Origin: an uncultured Actinomycetes bacterium
GTDB lineage: Bacteria > Actinomycetota > Thermoleophilia > UBA2241
Assembly: GCA_963845355.1 (NCBI GenBank)
Contig: CAWJRV010000005.1
Span: forward strand, 6,196 to 70,195
DNA: 64,000 bases
Direction of reading: 5' to 3'
Below the pieces are notes generated by a model that saw nothing but the letters and a program-made list of their open reading frames with translations, ran no database searches and was not told where the DNA came from. This document shows, piece after piece, positions 30,221-42,415 of this stretch. Made by a program: the position numbers and the translations under genes. How positions within the stretch are numbered: position 1 is the stretch's first letter; each line of letters begins with the position of its first letter.

Positions 30221-31500
30221 GCGCTCACCCGGGCCCGCGACCGCTCGGCCAGCTCCTCATAGAGGTCGACGTGGGCGTCGAGATATCGCCGAAACGTGTA
30301 CGCTCGTTCGGCGAGCGCCCGGCAGGCGTCGCCGCGCCGGCGGCACTCGCTCGCGTCGGCGAGAAGGCCGCCGACGGCGGCCGCAAGGGCCCGGGCATCA
30401 CCCTGGGGTACGCTCAGGCCGGCGTTCGGCGCGTGGACGATCTCGGGCAGCGCCGTGTCGTCGGCCACGACGACCGGCACGCCACAGGCCATCGCTTCGA
30501 CGGCCATGAGACCGAACGTCTCGGCTTTCGAGGGCATCAGGAACACGTCCGCGGCCGAGTAGGCGATAGCCGCCTCGTGCGCACTGGGCACCCACCCCAG
30601 ATCGCGGATCTCGTAGTTTCCGGCAAGCGCGCGGGCGCTCGCCGAGCTCTCGAAACACAGGAGATACGTCTTGCGCGCAGGCTGGTACCTGCGCAGTGCC
30701 GCGACCACGAGCGCCGAGTTCTTCAGGTCCTCGTCCGGGCCTTTGTCGCGAAAGGCGATCACGTCGGCGTCGGCGTCTATGCCCAGAGCTCGCCGGCTCT
30801 CGCCGGAGTCTCGGGGCCGAAAGACCGTCGTGTCGACACCTAGTGAGATGACCCTGCAGTCGATGTCAGTCGCGAGCCCGCAGTCTTCGACCCGGCGCTT
30901 CATCCACTCCGACGCCACGACGACGACGGCCCTGGTATGCCGTATCACCGATCGTTTGAGCCGCCAGTTCAGCGCCGCGCAGTCCCGGTCGACGGGGATC
31001 GAGATGGTGAGGTCCGGGCAACGGGCGCAGCCCGTCCGCCACAGCTCGCAGCCGAGCGGATGGACGCAGTGCCCCGACAGGATCCAGGGGTCGTGCCAGG
31101 TCCACACGAGCGGCTTCAGCGAGGCCATCAGCGGCACCTGGAGCAGGCTGAGCCACGACGTGCCGTGGATGAGCTGCAGATGAACGACGTCGGCGGCCCG
31201 GAATTCGGGTCTCATCAGGAGCGACAGACCGGAGGTCGCGCCCACCCTCTGGATTCCCAGCCTGCCGTCGCACAGCGCCGTCAGGCGGGCGTCGAGCGCC
31301 CGGGTCGCGCGGTTGCCGACGGCGAAGACTCCGGCGTCGGCGACGGTCCGGTAGCGCACGGCCATGGAGCTGCGAACACCGGCATCGGACGAGGCTCGAT
31401 GGATATCGAGGCCGTTGAAGCGCGCGCCCTGCTCGTCCCACGTGGACACCTGCAGGACCGCGGGTGCCCCGCCGCTCTGACCGGGAGCCCTCGACCTCAT
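30217..31500 (-). CDS. Glycosyltransferase family 4, WcaC-like
   Basis: DVVHLQ, VWTWHDPWILSGHCVHPLGCELWRTGCARCP and ETFGLMAVEAMACGVPVV. Confidence 0.88.
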   Translation of the reverse strand: MRSRAPGQSGGAPAVLQVSTWDEQGARFNGLDIHRASSDAGVRSSMAVRYRTVADAGVFAVGNRATRALDARLTALCDGRLGIQRVGATSGLSLLMRPEFRAADVVHLQLIHGTSWLSLLQVPLMASLKPLVWTWHDPWILSGHCVHPLGCELWRTGCARCPDLTISIPVDRDCAALNWRLKRSVIRHTRAVVVVASEWMKRRVEDCGLATDIDCRVISLGVDTTVFRPRDSGESRRALGIDADADVIAFRDKGPDEDLKNSALVVAALRRYQPARKTYLLCFESSASARALAGNYEIRDLGWVPSAHEAAIAYSAADVFLMPSKAETFGLMAVEAMACGVPVVVADDTALPEIVHAPNAGLSVPQGDARALAAAVGGLLADASECRRRGDACRALAERAYTFRRYLDAHVDLYEELAERSRARVSA

Positions 31501-31546
31501 GGCCGCACCGGCCTCTCGCGTGGCCCTCGTGTCGTTCTCATCGCCG

Positions 31547-32506
31547 TCAACTCCGGCCTCGACGCCACGACGCGAACCGGCGGAAGGGAACGCCCGCCAG
31601 GCGCCGGCACTGGGCGCGCAGCCGGTTCGAGGTCTGCCGTCGACGCCACTGTCGCTCATACGACCAGTCGCGCGTAGAACCGTCGTCGGCATCGTCGAGC
31701 GACGGCTGCACGCGGTAGCCGGCGACGAGCTCCCTGGCGCGGTCGTCGAGGGGCCAGGGTTCCCTGGCGAGCCCGTAGCGCTCTATCAGGACGTTCTCTT
31801 CGAGCAGAGGGCGCGCGCTGCCGTTGCCGCAGAGGTTCGTGCCGTCCGTGACGAAGACGCCCGCCGTGTGCTCGCCCCAGTCGAGGCCGGTGTGCGGCAC
31901 GACGCGAAGCTGCCAGTCATAGTCTCCCACAACGTGGAACTGCTCATCGAAAGGCCCGTACTCGTCGAAGAGGCGGCGATCGAACATGAAGAACGGCCCC
32001 AGGCAGAAGTCGAGGTCGGGCTTGAGCGCGGCCTGCTGCTCGCGCTCGTTGAACAGCACGACGCGGTCCTCGCCCAGGCGGCCGGGCCTTCCCTCGCGCA
32101 CGAAGACCCAGGGGAACCGCACGACGGCGTGCCCTTGCCGTACGAGCTCGATGCCCTCGGTGATCGCGGCCGGATTGCGATAGTCGTCGACGTTCCAGAA
32201 GCCGACGGCCGCGCCGCGGGAGGCGCGCAGACCGCGGTTCCAGGATGCGTAGAGCGTCTCGCGGGCGACGACCAGGAGCCGGCTGTGGTCCTGCCACCAC
32301 GGAGACGCCAGAGCCTCGCTCAGGATGCGCCGTTCCCGGCGGTCCGGCGCGTTGGCCACGAGGATCGCTTCGGTGGAGTAGCCGTCGCTTTCCACCGCGC
32401 TCAGGCATGCCTCGAGCCGTGCGAGGAACGCGGGAAGGTGGCGCCCCGACGCATAGAGCGACGTGATCATCGAGGCATCCGGTGTGGCGTGAGTCGCGGA
32501 CGTCAT
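31547..32506 (-). CDS. Glycosyltransferase family 2 (GT-A)
   Basis: ITSLY, ETLYASWNRGL, WNVDD, GPFDEQFHVVGDYDWQLR; ATGA overlap with the upstream gene. Confidence 0.85.
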   Translation of the reverse strand: MTSATHATPDASMITSLYASGRHLPAFLARLEACLSAVESDGYSTEAILVANAPDRRERRILSEALASPWWQDHSRLLVVARETLYASWNRGLRASRGAAVGFWNVDDYRNPAAITEGIELVRQGHAVVRFPWVFVREGRPGRLGEDRVVLFNEREQQAALKPDLDFCLGPFFMFDRRLFDEYGPFDEQFHVVGDYDWQLRVVPHTGLDWGEHTAGVFVTDGTNLCGNGSARPLLEENVLIERYGLAREPWPLDDRARELVAGYRVQPSLDDADDGSTRDWSYERQWRRRQTSNRLRAQCRRLAGVPFRRFASWRRGRS

Positions 32507-33909
32507 GGCGTTTCGGCGCGGGCGGCGAGCTCGCCGGCGGTCGGCGGCGGCGACGCGACCGGCGCGGACGCAGACGATGCGGATGCAGGCACACGAGTAC
32601 CGGTCGCGCAGGCGATCAGGGCCAGCGGAAAGAGCGACAGGGCAGGCCACCAGAAGTAGGTCAGTCCGGTGAACCGCAGGATCACCGAGAGCACGGTGAC
32701 CAGCACCCCGGTCATGAGGAGCGGGTCTGCCGGTCTCAGGCCGCCGCGCCCGAGCAACCTCTTCAGGCCCCACAACACCGCCAGGGCGAGCGGCGCGGCA
32801 AACACCGCGACACCGAGCGGCCCGGTCCGATAGACGATACGGATCCAGTCGCTGTCGTAGCTGCGATACTGGGTGGAGTCGCCGTTCGGCGAGGCGTCGA
32901 ACAGTCCGGCGCCGAAGAGCGTATCGACGGCTTCACCGGCTCGTGCCGCCTGCCTGAAGAGGTGCTGCCGCAAGACCGCGTTCGGTGCGTTCAGGGCGCC
33001 CTGAACGGTCGAGACCGAGCTGAGGCGGTCCTGGAAGTAACCGAACTGGTCTGGAGCGACGATCGAACCGCCGACGATCACGATGACGGCGAGCAGAGAG
33101 CCTGCGATGGCGATGGTCACGGCCTGGTCTCGCTGGCCGCGACGGATCGCCATCAGTACCGTAGCCAGCACCGCCGTGAACACGAGAGCCAGCACGAGCG
33201 AGCGCGTGTAGCTGAACAGCGCGCCGCAACCGAGCACGGCCAGCGCCACGAACGTCCACCAGTTCTTGCTCGGCTTGGCGAGGTAGTAACACCAGGCGAG
33301 GCTCGCCCAGACCGGCAGCGTCGTGAAGTCGCGGATGATCGTGGAACCCCCGAACGACGTAGTCAGGTACTTCGGGTACGGGTAGACCGGCAGGTTCAGG
33401 GCAGCCGCGATGTACAGGACCATCAGGCAGGTGCACAGCACAGAGAGAACGCCGACGAACTCCTGGATCTCCTCCACGGTGAACCTCCGAAAAAGGTCCA
33501 GGGCGAGGAGGTAGCCGATCGGGATGTAGAACCAGTCCCGGGTAACGAGAAGCTGGGTGATGTGGACCCCCGCGCCATCTGCCGACGTGAGAGCATACTC
33601 GAGGGTCAGGAAGAAGAGCACGCACAGGCCGAGGATGGTCCACTTCGGCGACAGGCGCAGACGCGGCCTGCGCCGCTGCCGGAAGGCGTAGAACCAGCCG
33701 AGGACGAGGAGCACGAACACGACGTCTCCCGTGGTGACCGACACCGCCGACATCTGCCGGAGCACCTGGTCCGGTGTCATGTCGATGAACGCACTGCGGC
33801 CGAGGGCAAGAAACACGGCTCCGCCGGCCAGGAACAACGGATTGTGTCGCGACCAGAGGGTGAGGAACACAAGGAGCACGGCCGCCGCGACCATGGACAG
33901 GGCTAGCAT
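32503..33909 (-). CDS. O-antigen ligase/polymerase-like (Wzy/WaaL) polytopic membrane protein
   Basis: About 12 TM segments, LFSYTRS, a loop containing R...LFGAG and DSDWIRIVYRTGPLG, resembling the Wzy_C layout. Confidence 0.65.
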   Translation of the reverse strand: MLALSMVAAAVLLVFLTLWSRHNPLFLAGGAVFLALGRSAFIDMTPDQVLRQMSAVSVTTGDVVFVLLVLGWFYAFRQRRRPRLRLSPKWTILGLCVLFFLTLEYALTSADGAGVHITQLLVTRDWFYIPIGYLLALDLFRRFTVEEIQEFVGVLSVLCTCLMVLYIAAALNLPVYPYPKYLTTSFGGSTIIRDFTTLPVWASLAWCYYLAKPSKNWWTFVALAVLGCGALFSYTRSLVLALVFTAVLATVLMAIRRGQRDQAVTIAIAGSLLAVIVIVGGSIVAPDQFGYFQDRLSSVSTVQGALNAPNAVLRQHLFRQAARAGEAVDTLFGAGLFDASPNGDSTQYRSYDSDWIRIVYRTGPLGVAVFAAPLALAVLWGLKRLLGRGGLRPADPLLMTGVLVTVLSVILRFTGLTYFWWPALSLFPLALIACATGTRVPASASSASAPVASPPPTAGELAARAETP

Positions 33910-33928
33910 GTGACCGCCCTCCGCGTGC

Positions 33929-34802
33929 TCATCGGGGCAGCGGCGATGGGGACGAGGGCTGGTCGGGGCGGCCGTCGACGGCGGACGGTCTGACGAAGAG
34001 CGCATCGCCGTAGACGGGCAGCGAGTCCGACGATCGCACGATCTGGTCGATGATCCCCATGAACCCGAGGCCGCACTCATGCAGAAGCCCGGCGATCTGC
34101 TGGATCGTCGCCTGCCCCCGGTAGAGGGGCAGATACCCCACTTCGGCGATCACCGCGTCGGCGCGCGAGATGAGCCGCCGGCCACCGTTCACCACCTGGG
34201 CCTCGGCGCCTTGTACGTCGATCTTGACCAGCAGGTTGCCGCGGATGGCGATGTCGTCGAGGTAGGCGTCCAGCCGTCGCAGCGCGACGGTCTCCGGGGA
34301 GGTGGCGGCGCTGAACGGGTAGAGCTCCTTGTGCGCCGTCTCCATCTCGAGCAGCGATGACGACGGAGAGAACTCGCTGCGCAGGATCGTCGCTTCGCCG
34401 TCGGACTCTCCCAGGGCCACGTTGAACGCCGTGAAGCCCGGACCTCGCATCGTGCGCTCGAGCTCCTCGAAGCACTCCCGCAGGGGCTCGAACGAGTAGA
34501 CGAGGCAGTCCGGCAGCAGATCGCGGAAGTGGCGCGCGAACTGCCCGGTGTTGGCGCCGACATCGACCAGGGTGCCGATGTCGAGTGTCGCAAGCCAGGA
34601 CCACGGCGTCGGGGCCGGTGGCGCCGTCGCGTCTGCCGGCGTCGCCGTCCTGACGAGCTGGTAGCCGGCCTGTCGCAAGCCGCGCTGCACGACCTGTTTG
34701 AGGGCGTCGATCGTGGCTGCCGCCCGCGGCCGCGGCGAAGCGTCGGGTGTCGGCGCCGTCACGACATCACCGCGTTCCCGGTCGTCAAGGTGTTGTGAGG
34801 TG

Positions 34803-34813
<11 letters not shown>
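33929..34813 (-). CDS. FkbM-family methyltransferase
   Basis: DVGANTGQF, SFEP and LVKIDVQGAE; start uncertain. Confidence 0.9.
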
Positions 34814-36065
<1,252 letters not shown>

Positions 36066-36071
36066 GGCCTG

Positions 36072-36147
36072 CACCACGCCGGCTTTCGTCCCGACAGCAT
36101 CGGCTTTCGCCTGGACCACATCGGCTTTCGCCTAGACCACATCGGCG
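36072..36147 (-). repeat. 21-bp tandem repeats (about 3.5 copies) spanning the wzm stop codon and the wzm-wzt spacer
   Basis: Minus strand: GCCGATGTGGTC-TAG-GCGAAA GCCGATGTGGTC-CAG-GCGAAA GCCGATGCTGTC-GGG-ACGAAA GCCGGCGTGGTG-CAG. Confidence 0.85.
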
Positions 36148-36998
36148 AACACCCGCTCGACTCGCTTGAAGAAGAACAGACCGGTCGCCAGGAGCACCGG
36201 CACGACCGAGAGCGAGATCCACAGGTAGCCGCCGGGCAACGGCTGCCCGAGCAGGGCCCAGCGAAAGCCGCCGATGACCGCGGTCATCGGGTTCAGGGCG
36301 ATCGCAAAGCGAAGCGGGCCGGCCGGCAGGGCGTCGATCGGGTAGATCACGGGGCTCACGAACATGCCGAGCTGCACGAGGAAGGGGATGACGTACCCGA
36401 CGTCGCGGTAGAGCACGTTCATTGCGCTGAGCCACAGGCCGGCCGCCAGCGCCGTGACGACGGCCAGGAGCACGAACACCGGCACAAAGACGATCTGCCA
36501 CGGGGGCGCGACGCCGTAGGCCGCCATGAGCGCCAGCAGGACCAGGAACGAGATGCCGAGATCGACGAGTCCCGCGAGCACCGCCGAGAGCGGTATCACG
36601 AGACGCGGAAAGTAGACCTTGGTCAGGAGATTGGCGTTTGTCACGAGGCTCGCTCCCGAGCGCTGCACGCCTGTCGCGAAGAAGTTCCAGGCCAGGAGCC
36701 CGCTGAAGCTGAACACGGCATAGGGCACGTCCTTCACCGGGCTTTGAACGTGCAGCGCCCCGTTGAAGATCACTGTGAAGACGACCATCGTGAGCAGCGG
36801 GTTCAGCGCGGCCCAGGCGATGCCGACGACGGCCTGCTTGTAGCGCACGAGGATGTCGCGCCAGGTCAGAAAGTAGAGCAGCTCGCGATACGTCCAGAGC
36901 TCGCTGAGGTCGAGCGCCGACCAGCCGCTTCTCGCTTCGTAGACAGCGAAACCGTCGTCGGCCACCGAAGTCGACCGGGCGTCCGTTGCCGCGCTCAT
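36132..36998 (-). CDS. wzm: Polysaccharide ABC transporter permease
   Basis: LWTYRELLYFLTWRDILVRYKQ, LLTKVYFPR, YRDV, LNPM and ERVFADVV. Confidence 0.92.
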   Translation of the reverse strand: MSAATDARSTSVADDGFAVYEARSGWSALDLSELWTYRELLYFLTWRDILVRYKQAVVGIAWAALNPLLTMVVFTVIFNGALHVQSPVKDVPYAVFSFSGLLAWNFFATGVQRSGASLVTNANLLTKVYFPRLVIPLSAVLAGLVDLGISFLVLLALMAAYGVAPPWQIVFVPVFVLLAVVTALAAGLWLSAMNVLYRDVGYVIPFLVQLGMFVSPVIYPIDALPAGPLRFAIALNPMTAVIGGFRWALLGQPLPGGYLWISLSVVPVLLATGLFFFKRVERVFADVV

Positions 36999-37098
36999 CT
37001 CGCGCTCGCGCGACCCCGGCGCGGCCGGTGATGACGGCACGGCCCGTCGGCGCTGACTCCCGCGGCCGCCATGGGCCGTCGCCTCGCATTCATCCGCG

Positions 37099-38925
37099 CT
37101 AGTCGCGTGCTTCGGCGGCGCGCTGTCCGTTGTTTCCCGCGGGTGGAGCGCCCGGCACGGCGGTGGAAGCCGTGGCCGGCACGGAGACCTCGGCGGGCAC
37201 GCTGCGCCGCGCCGGCCGGCGCGGCGCAGCGTGCCCGCCGAGGTCTGAGCGCGACGAGTGGTAGTAGGAGCTCGACGCATACGAGTAGGCCCCGCTGCGC
37301 GAGTCGTGCAGGCGCACCACGGTGCCGAGCAGCTTGACAGGCAGGCGCATGAGCTGCTCGGCGGCCGCCTGAAGCTGGGGTCGGCGCACGATCTTCACGT
37401 CCGCCAGCAGGAGGATGCCGTCGACCCTCGCCGCGATCGCGGCCGTGTCGCCCACCGCCAGCAGGGCCGGGGTGTCGACGATCACCACGTCGGCCTGCTT
37501 GCCGAGACTCTCGATGATCATCTCGAGGCGCCGGGACGACGTCATCTCGCCGGGATTGGGCGGAATCGGTCCACTGGGCAGCACGAGGAGGTGCGTGAGG
37601 GCTTCGACGCTCCGCGCCCACGCGGCGTAGTCTCTGTCGTCCTCGCCCTCGACGGGCGGTGAAAGCTTCACGGGCACGAGGCTCTCGTCGAGCCGGCTCT
37701 TGCCCACGAGAGCGGTGCTCAGGCCCCGGTCGTTGGGGATGTCGAAGAGCTTGTGCTGCCGCGGACGGCGCAGGTCGGCGTCGACGACGACGACCTTCTT
37801 GCCGGCCATCGCCATGCTGGCGGCGAGGTTGGCGACGAAGACGCTCTTGCCCTCGCCCATCGCGCAACTCGTGACCGCCAGGGAGCGGATCTCGTCGTCG
37901 ACCGCCATGAACTCGAGGTTGGTCCGCACCATGCGGAAGGCTTCGGCCACGTGCCCGTCGGGGTGTCGCAGCGTGACCAGGGCACTCTCGCCGAGCGCCT
38001 TGCGGGAGATGGGCGGGATACGACCGAGCGTGGGCCGGCGCAGCAGCGCGGCGATGTCCTCGGGCTTACGCACACGCGTGTCGAACTGCTCGAGCAAGAG
38101 GGCGAGGCAGAGAGCGACGAAGAGGCCCACGCCGAAGCCCAGGACGGTGGCGCGCTTGATGTTCGGCGCGACCGGCCTGGTCGGCGTGGTGGCCGGCGTG
38201 AGCATGTGGTAGTTGCCGACGGTGGTGTCTTGAAGGATCTGGAGATCGCGGAGCTGCTGTGTGAGCAGTATGTATTCGGTGGAGTCCATGGCGGCCGCGC
38301 CCTGGGTCGCGTACTGGGCCAGACGGCGCTGGACGGCGGGGATGGCGGCGGCGATCTGGGCGCGGGATTGCTGGGCGTCCCAGGCGATGTAGGCCGTCGT
38401 GAAAGCGTTGGCCGCCGCCGCGGCCAGCGTGGGGCTCGCGCTGCGGCCGGTGACCACGACACTGTTGCTGCCGAAGCTCGTGGTGCTGGTATTCGAGGTG
38501 GACGTCGAGGGCTGGGCGGCGGTGATCGTATACCCGGGGGAGAGGTCGACGTTCTGGCGTTTGAGGATCGCTTCGGCGCTGGTCTGGAGCTGGCGTCCGG
38601 CCAGAATGTCACCGATGGTGGCCATCTCACGGTCGATGCTCACGATGTCGGTGGACGTGTTGCTCAGCGGGTTGGCGAGGTCGAGCGGCTGCCTGTAGAA
38701 CATGGTGGCGCCGGCCTCGTACTGCTTGGTCTTGCGGGACGTGTAGAAGAAGGCCGAGGCAGTGGCGACGACCACGATGAGCACGATGAGCCATTTGCGT
38801 CGCCAGATGATGCCCGCGTAGTCACGCAGTGTGAGGCCTTCGGGTTCGAGCACGGGAAGCGGTGGATCGGCCTGGCGCTGAGGCGAGCCGCCCTTGCCGC
38901 CGCTTGCCAAGGTGTCGTCATGCAT
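37099..38925 (-). CDS. Wzc-like polysaccharide co-polymerase / BY-kinase (CpsC-CpsD fusion)
   Basis: Wzz-type N-terminus with two TMs, AEAFRMVRTNL, GEGKS, DADLRRP, PNPGEM, VIVDTP and a Tyr-rich tail AYSYASSSYY. Confidence 0.9.
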   Translation of the reverse strand: MHDDTLASGGKGGSPQRQADPPLPVLEPEGLTLRDYAGIIWRRKWLIVLIVVVATASAFFYTSRKTKQYEAGATMFYRQPLDLANPLSNTSTDIVSIDREMATIGDILAGRQLQTSAEAILKRQNVDLSPGYTITAAQPSTSTSNTSTTSFGSNSVVVTGRSASPTLAAAAANAFTTAYIAWDAQQSRAQIAAAIPAVQRRLAQYATQGAAAMDSTEYILLTQQLRDLQILQDTTVGNYHMLTPATTPTRPVAPNIKRATVLGFGVGLFVALCLALLLEQFDTRVRKPEDIAALLRRPTLGRIPPISRKALGESALVTLRHPDGHVAEAFRMVRTNLEFMAVDDEIRSLAVTSCAMGEGKSVFVANLAASMAMAGKKVVVVDADLRRPRQHKLFDIPNDRGLSTALVGKSRLDESLVPVKLSPPVEGEDDRDYAAWARSVEALTHLLVLPSGPIPPNPGEMTSSRRLEMIIESLGKQADVVIVDTPALLAVGDTAAIAARVDGILLLADVKIVRRPQLQAAAEQLMRLPVKLLGTVVRLHDSRSGAYSYASSSYYHSSRSDLGGHAAPRRPARRSVPAEVSVPATASTAVPGAPPAGNNGQRAAEARD

Positions 38926-38985
38926 ACGGCCCCTACCTCCCTGGCCCGCCTCGGGGCTTTGCTGCTCCTGCTACTACCGTGGACA

Positions 38986-38994
38986 ACTGTATCA
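38986..38994 (-). promoter_or_regulatory. Candidate internal extended -10 promoter (TGATACAGT) upstream of the Wzc-like gene
   Basis: Lies in a 110-bp intergenic gap, followed by a GGAGGT Shine-Dalgarno sequence. Confidence 0.4.
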
Positions 38995-39035
38995 GGTGTT
39001 GGTCGACGGGCGCGGCCGCCGGCAGCGCACGCGAC

Positions 39036-39707
39036 TCATGTGTCGTACGGGGCCCAGGCGTAGGGTCGTTCGACGAATCCGGGCGGGCAGGTGAGATCGG
39101 CGACCTGCTTGATCGCTCGCGCCGGGTGGCCGACGACGACGGCTCCGGCCGGTACGTCGTGCACGACCACGGAGCCGGCGCCCACCAGCGCGCCTTCGCC
39201 TATCTCCACGCCGGGCAGGATGGTGCTGTTGGCGCCGATGCGCGCCCGGCGGCGCACCACGGCGCCGCCCTTGCACTGCCGGAAGTGCGGGCAGCCCATG
39301 GGGTGCGGGTCGTCGGTGAACACGACGTTGGGACCTACGAAGACCTCGTCTTCGAGCGTGACGAGCTCGAGAAAGCAGCCGCTGTGAATGCGCACCCGGT
39401 GGCCTACGCGGTTGCCCGGCTCGAGGACCGCGTTCGTGCCGATGCCGACGTCGTCGCCGACGAGGTTGTCCTCGCGGACGCTCACGCCCTGGCCGGTCTG
39501 CAGACGGACACCGAACGTGCTGCCTGCGTAGATCGTGGTGAACGGGCGTACGACGGCGCCGCCGCCGATGGCGAGCGGCAGCTCGCCCTCGGCGGCGCCC
39601 CGCGGCGCCTTGCCGAGGATGCACGGCGCCTGCAGGTCGCAGCCTTCACCAAGGCTGACGTTGCCGGCGACGTGCACCTGCGGGTCGAACGGCGACGCGG
39701 CGCTCAC
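39036..39707 (-). CDS. Hexapeptide N-acyltransferase (WbpD/FdtC-like)
   Basis: Hexapeptide repeats, VFVGPNVVFTDD, IGANSTILPGV and VGAGSVVVHDVP. Confidence 0.88.
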   Translation of the reverse strand: MSAASPFDPQVHVAGNVSLGEGCDLQAPCILGKAPRGAAEGELPLAIGGGAVVRPFTTIYAGSTFGVRLQTGQGVSVREDNLVGDDVGIGTNAVLEPGNRVGHRVRIHSGCFLELVTLEDEVFVGPNVVFTDDPHPMGCPHFRQCKGGAVVRRRARIGANSTILPGVEIGEGALVGAGSVVVHDVPAGAVVVGHPARAIKQVADLTCPPGFVERPYAWAPYDT

Positions 39708-40735
39708 GGCTTGATCGACACCTCACAGCCGCCGCCGGTGAGCGAGGCCTCGGCGGCCGAGAGCGAGGCCACCACCCGGCGCCCGACTTCGCCGCTCGTG
39801 ATCGGCTCGGTGTGCGTCACGATGCTCTCCACGAAGTGCTGAGCCTCGAGGTAGAGCGGCTCCACGGCGCTGAGCTTGGGGGCCAGGATGTCGCCCGTGC
39901 GGTAGCTCAACTGGAACTCGCCGAAGTCGTCGGGCTCTTTGTAGTCGACGCCGTGGTCGAAGATCTTGACCTTCTCGACGTTCTCGGTGTCGTCGTAGAC
40001 GAGCATCTTGCGGCTGCCCACGACGACCGTGCGCCGCAGCTTCACGGGGCTCAGCCAGCTCACCAGCACCTGAGCCACGACGCCGCTGGGGAACTTGAGG
40101 TCGATGAAGGCCACGTCGGGGGTGGCGGGCACGATACATCCGCGACCGTTGACGCTCACGCTGGTAGCGGCCTCGCCGAGCCAGTAGTAGAGGATGCTGA
40201 GGTCGTGAGGAGCGAGGTCCCACACCACGCTCACGTCGCTCTGGTGCAGGCCCAGGTTCACCCGCTGGGTGGTGATGAAGTAGATCTCGCCCAGCTCGCC
40301 CGACGCGATCAGCTCCCTGACCTTACGCACCGGTGGGCTGAAGACGAAGGTATGGCCCACCATGAGCGTGCGTCCGGTGGTCGCGGCGAGCTCGACGAGC
40401 TCACGAGCCTCGAGCGGGTCGGCCGTCATGGGCTTCTCGACGAAGACGTGCTTGCCGGCTTTGAGAGCTGCTCTGGCAAGCTCGTAGTGGGTGCGGATGG
40501 GCGTGGCGATGAGCACTGCGTCGATCGCGGAGTCGGCCAGCACCTGCGCGAAGTCGGTGGTACGCGCGATCGTGGGATAGCGCGTCGCCACCTTGTCGAG
40601 CGCCTCAGGACGCGGGTCGCACACGGTCGTGAGCGAGGCGCTCGCGAGCTCCATGTAGTTGCGCAGCAGGTTGTGCCCCCAGTGGCCGCAGCCCACGAGG
40701 GCGACGGTGACCGGGGCTGGAGCGGGCGTCGTCAC
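39704..40735 (-). CDS. Gfo/Idh/MocA oxidoreductase (candidate nucleotide-sugar 3-dehydrogenase)
   Basis: VGCGHWG, HVFVEKP and WDLAPHD. Confidence 0.9.
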   Translation of the reverse strand: MTTPAPAPVTVALVGCGHWGHNLLRNYMELASASLTTVCDPRPEALDKVATRYPTIARTTDFAQVLADSAIDAVLIATPIRTHYELARAALKAGKHVFVEKPMTADPLEARELVELAATTGRTLMVGHTFVFSPPVRKVRELIASGELGEIYFITTQRVNLGLHQSDVSVVWDLAPHDLSILYYWLGEAATSVSVNGRGCIVPATPDVAFIDLKFPSGVVAQVLVSWLSPVKLRRTVVVGSRKMLVYDDTENVEKVKIFDHGVDYKEPDDFGEFQLSYRTGDILAPKLSAVEPLYLEAQHFVESIVTHTEPITSGEVGRRVVASLSAAEASLTGGGCEVSIKP

Positions 40736-40766
40736 GAGCGGGCTCTCCGGGCGCGCCTGAAGACCC

Positions 40767-42200
40767 TCACACTGCCCCCCGGCCCATGAGCATGGCCGGA
40801 ACGGTGCGCAGGCAGATGTGCAGATCGGTGAGCACGCTCTGATTGTAGCCGTACATCACGTCCTGAAAGACCATCTCGTCGAAACCCACGCGCGAACGGC
40901 CGGCGATCTGCCAGAGGCCGCTGACCCCGGGCGTCACCTCGAGTCGCAGGCGGTGCCACTCCTTGTAGCCGTCGACCTCGTAGCCCAGCGCCGGACGCGG
41001 TCCGACCATGCTCATGTCGCCCCTCAGGACGTTCCAGAACTGCGGCAGCTCGTCGAGGGAGTACTTGCGCAGGACCCTGCCGATGGGCGTGACACGTTCG
41101 TCGTCGGCGAGCTTGAAGACCGGCCGGCCCCACTGGTCGGTGCGGGCCAGGGCCTCGTCCGAGTCGCCCTCGATCAGGCGCGCCACGTAGTCGCGGTGGC
41201 CGCCGGGGTCGTTGCCGACCATCATGGAACGGAACTTGAGAAGCTCAAAGGCGCGACCACGCAGACCCACGCGCTGCTGGCGAAAGAAGACGGGTCCGGG
41301 CGAGCCCAGCTTGATGGCGAGCCCTATGACGGCAACGAGCGGTGACAGCACGACGAGCGCCGCCGCGGAACAGGCGATGTCGAAGGCCCGGCGCCCGAGT
41401 GTCACGCGCCGCGCAAGGGCCGCTTCGGGGTCGCGGTGCACGCGCATCACCGGCATCTCGAAGAGGTGCGAGAGCAGGCGCGTGGCGTCGAGCGGGCTGA
41501 GCAGGCGTCCCGTGACGTAGACGTCGGCGCGCCGGTCCTGCGCCGCATGGATGAGGTCGATCGTGGCCTTGTGGCCGAGGGAGCCGCCGTCGAGGAACAC
41601 CTGGCGGGGGGCCGGCTCGGCTCGCTGGATCGCCGCGACGAGTCGTGGCTCGGCATCGTAGCCGTTGCCGCGCTTGTCGAATGGCTCGAGAGCCAGCACC
41701 CGCGCATAGCCGCGCAGTTCCCTGAGCCGGCTCACGAGGATGCCGCTGTCGGCCGACCAGCCGACGACGATGGTGTCGCCCGGCCGCTTGCGCACGTCGC
41801 GCCGGTAGCGGCGATCGAAGAGCCACAGGCGGAGCGTGACGGAAGCGACGAAGAACACGGCAAACGAGGTAAAGAGGCGCGATTCGGTGGCCAGCGGGGT
41901 CCTGAAGGCGAACACGAAGAACGCCGTGACGATCAGGGAGACGGCCGTCGCGCGAAACAGCGTCATAACATGCAGCGGCCGCGACACCCACACCTCGAGC
42001 ATGTACAGCCCGCTGCAGACGAACACGGCGAGGATGACGGCGAGGGCGAGCACGACATCCCAGCCGAACCGTGGCGCGACCAGCCTGAACGGGTGGCCGT
42101 GAAACCAGGAGAACGCGAGGATGGTGGCCTGGTAGCTGGCCAGCGCCGCGAACACGTCGCTGCCCAACCCGAACGCCCTCTGGTATGCCCTGATGCTCAC
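40767..42200 (-). CDS. Priming polyprenyl-phosphate sugar-1-phosphate transferase (WcaJ/CpsE type)
   Basis: N-terminal TMs, [37 protein letters not shown] and PGVSGLWQ; start uncertain (42200-42284). Confidence 0.92.
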   Translation of the reverse strand: MSIRAYQRAFGLGSDVFAALASYQATILAFSWFHGHPFRLVAPRFGWDVVLALAVILAVFVCSGLYMLEVWVSRPLHVMTLFRATAVSLIVTAFFVFAFRTPLATESRLFTSFAVFFVASVTLRLWLFDRRYRRDVRKRPGDTIVVGWSADSGILVSRLRELRGYARVLALEPFDKRGNGYDAEPRLVAAIQRAEPAPRQVFLDGGSLGHKATIDLIHAAQDRRADVYVTGRLLSPLDATRLLSHLFEMPVMRVHRDPEAALARRVTLGRRAFDIACSAAALVVLSPLVAVIGLAIKLGSPGPVFFRQQRVGLRGRAFELLKFRSMMVGNDPGGHRDYVARLIEGDSDEALARTDQWGRPVFKLADDERVTPIGRVLRKYSLDELPQFWNVLRGDMSMVGPRPALGYEVDGYKEWHRLRLEVTPGVSGLWQIAGRSRVGFDEMVFQDVMYGYNQSVLTDLHICLRTVPAMLMGRGAV

Positions 42201-42415
42201 GCGGTCACCCGCTGCGTCGATCGCCGCACCGCGCCGCCCCTCGACCCCAAGAGATAAGCACTTCGGCCGTCGAACCATGATCAAGAAATGGGACGGCCCG
42301 TCATAGTTACTTGTTCGTCAGACTCTACACAACGCCTTCCACGGCGCGATAGGACAACCGTCCATGCGCGACGATCGCCGCGAGCAGAGTTCGCGAGCCA
42401 TCGCCGCGGCGGACC

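Noticed and set aside
36132-36134. In-frame TAG between wzm and wzt as pyrrolysine
   Set aside because: FADVV* is the normal Wzm C-terminus and no pyl genes are visible.
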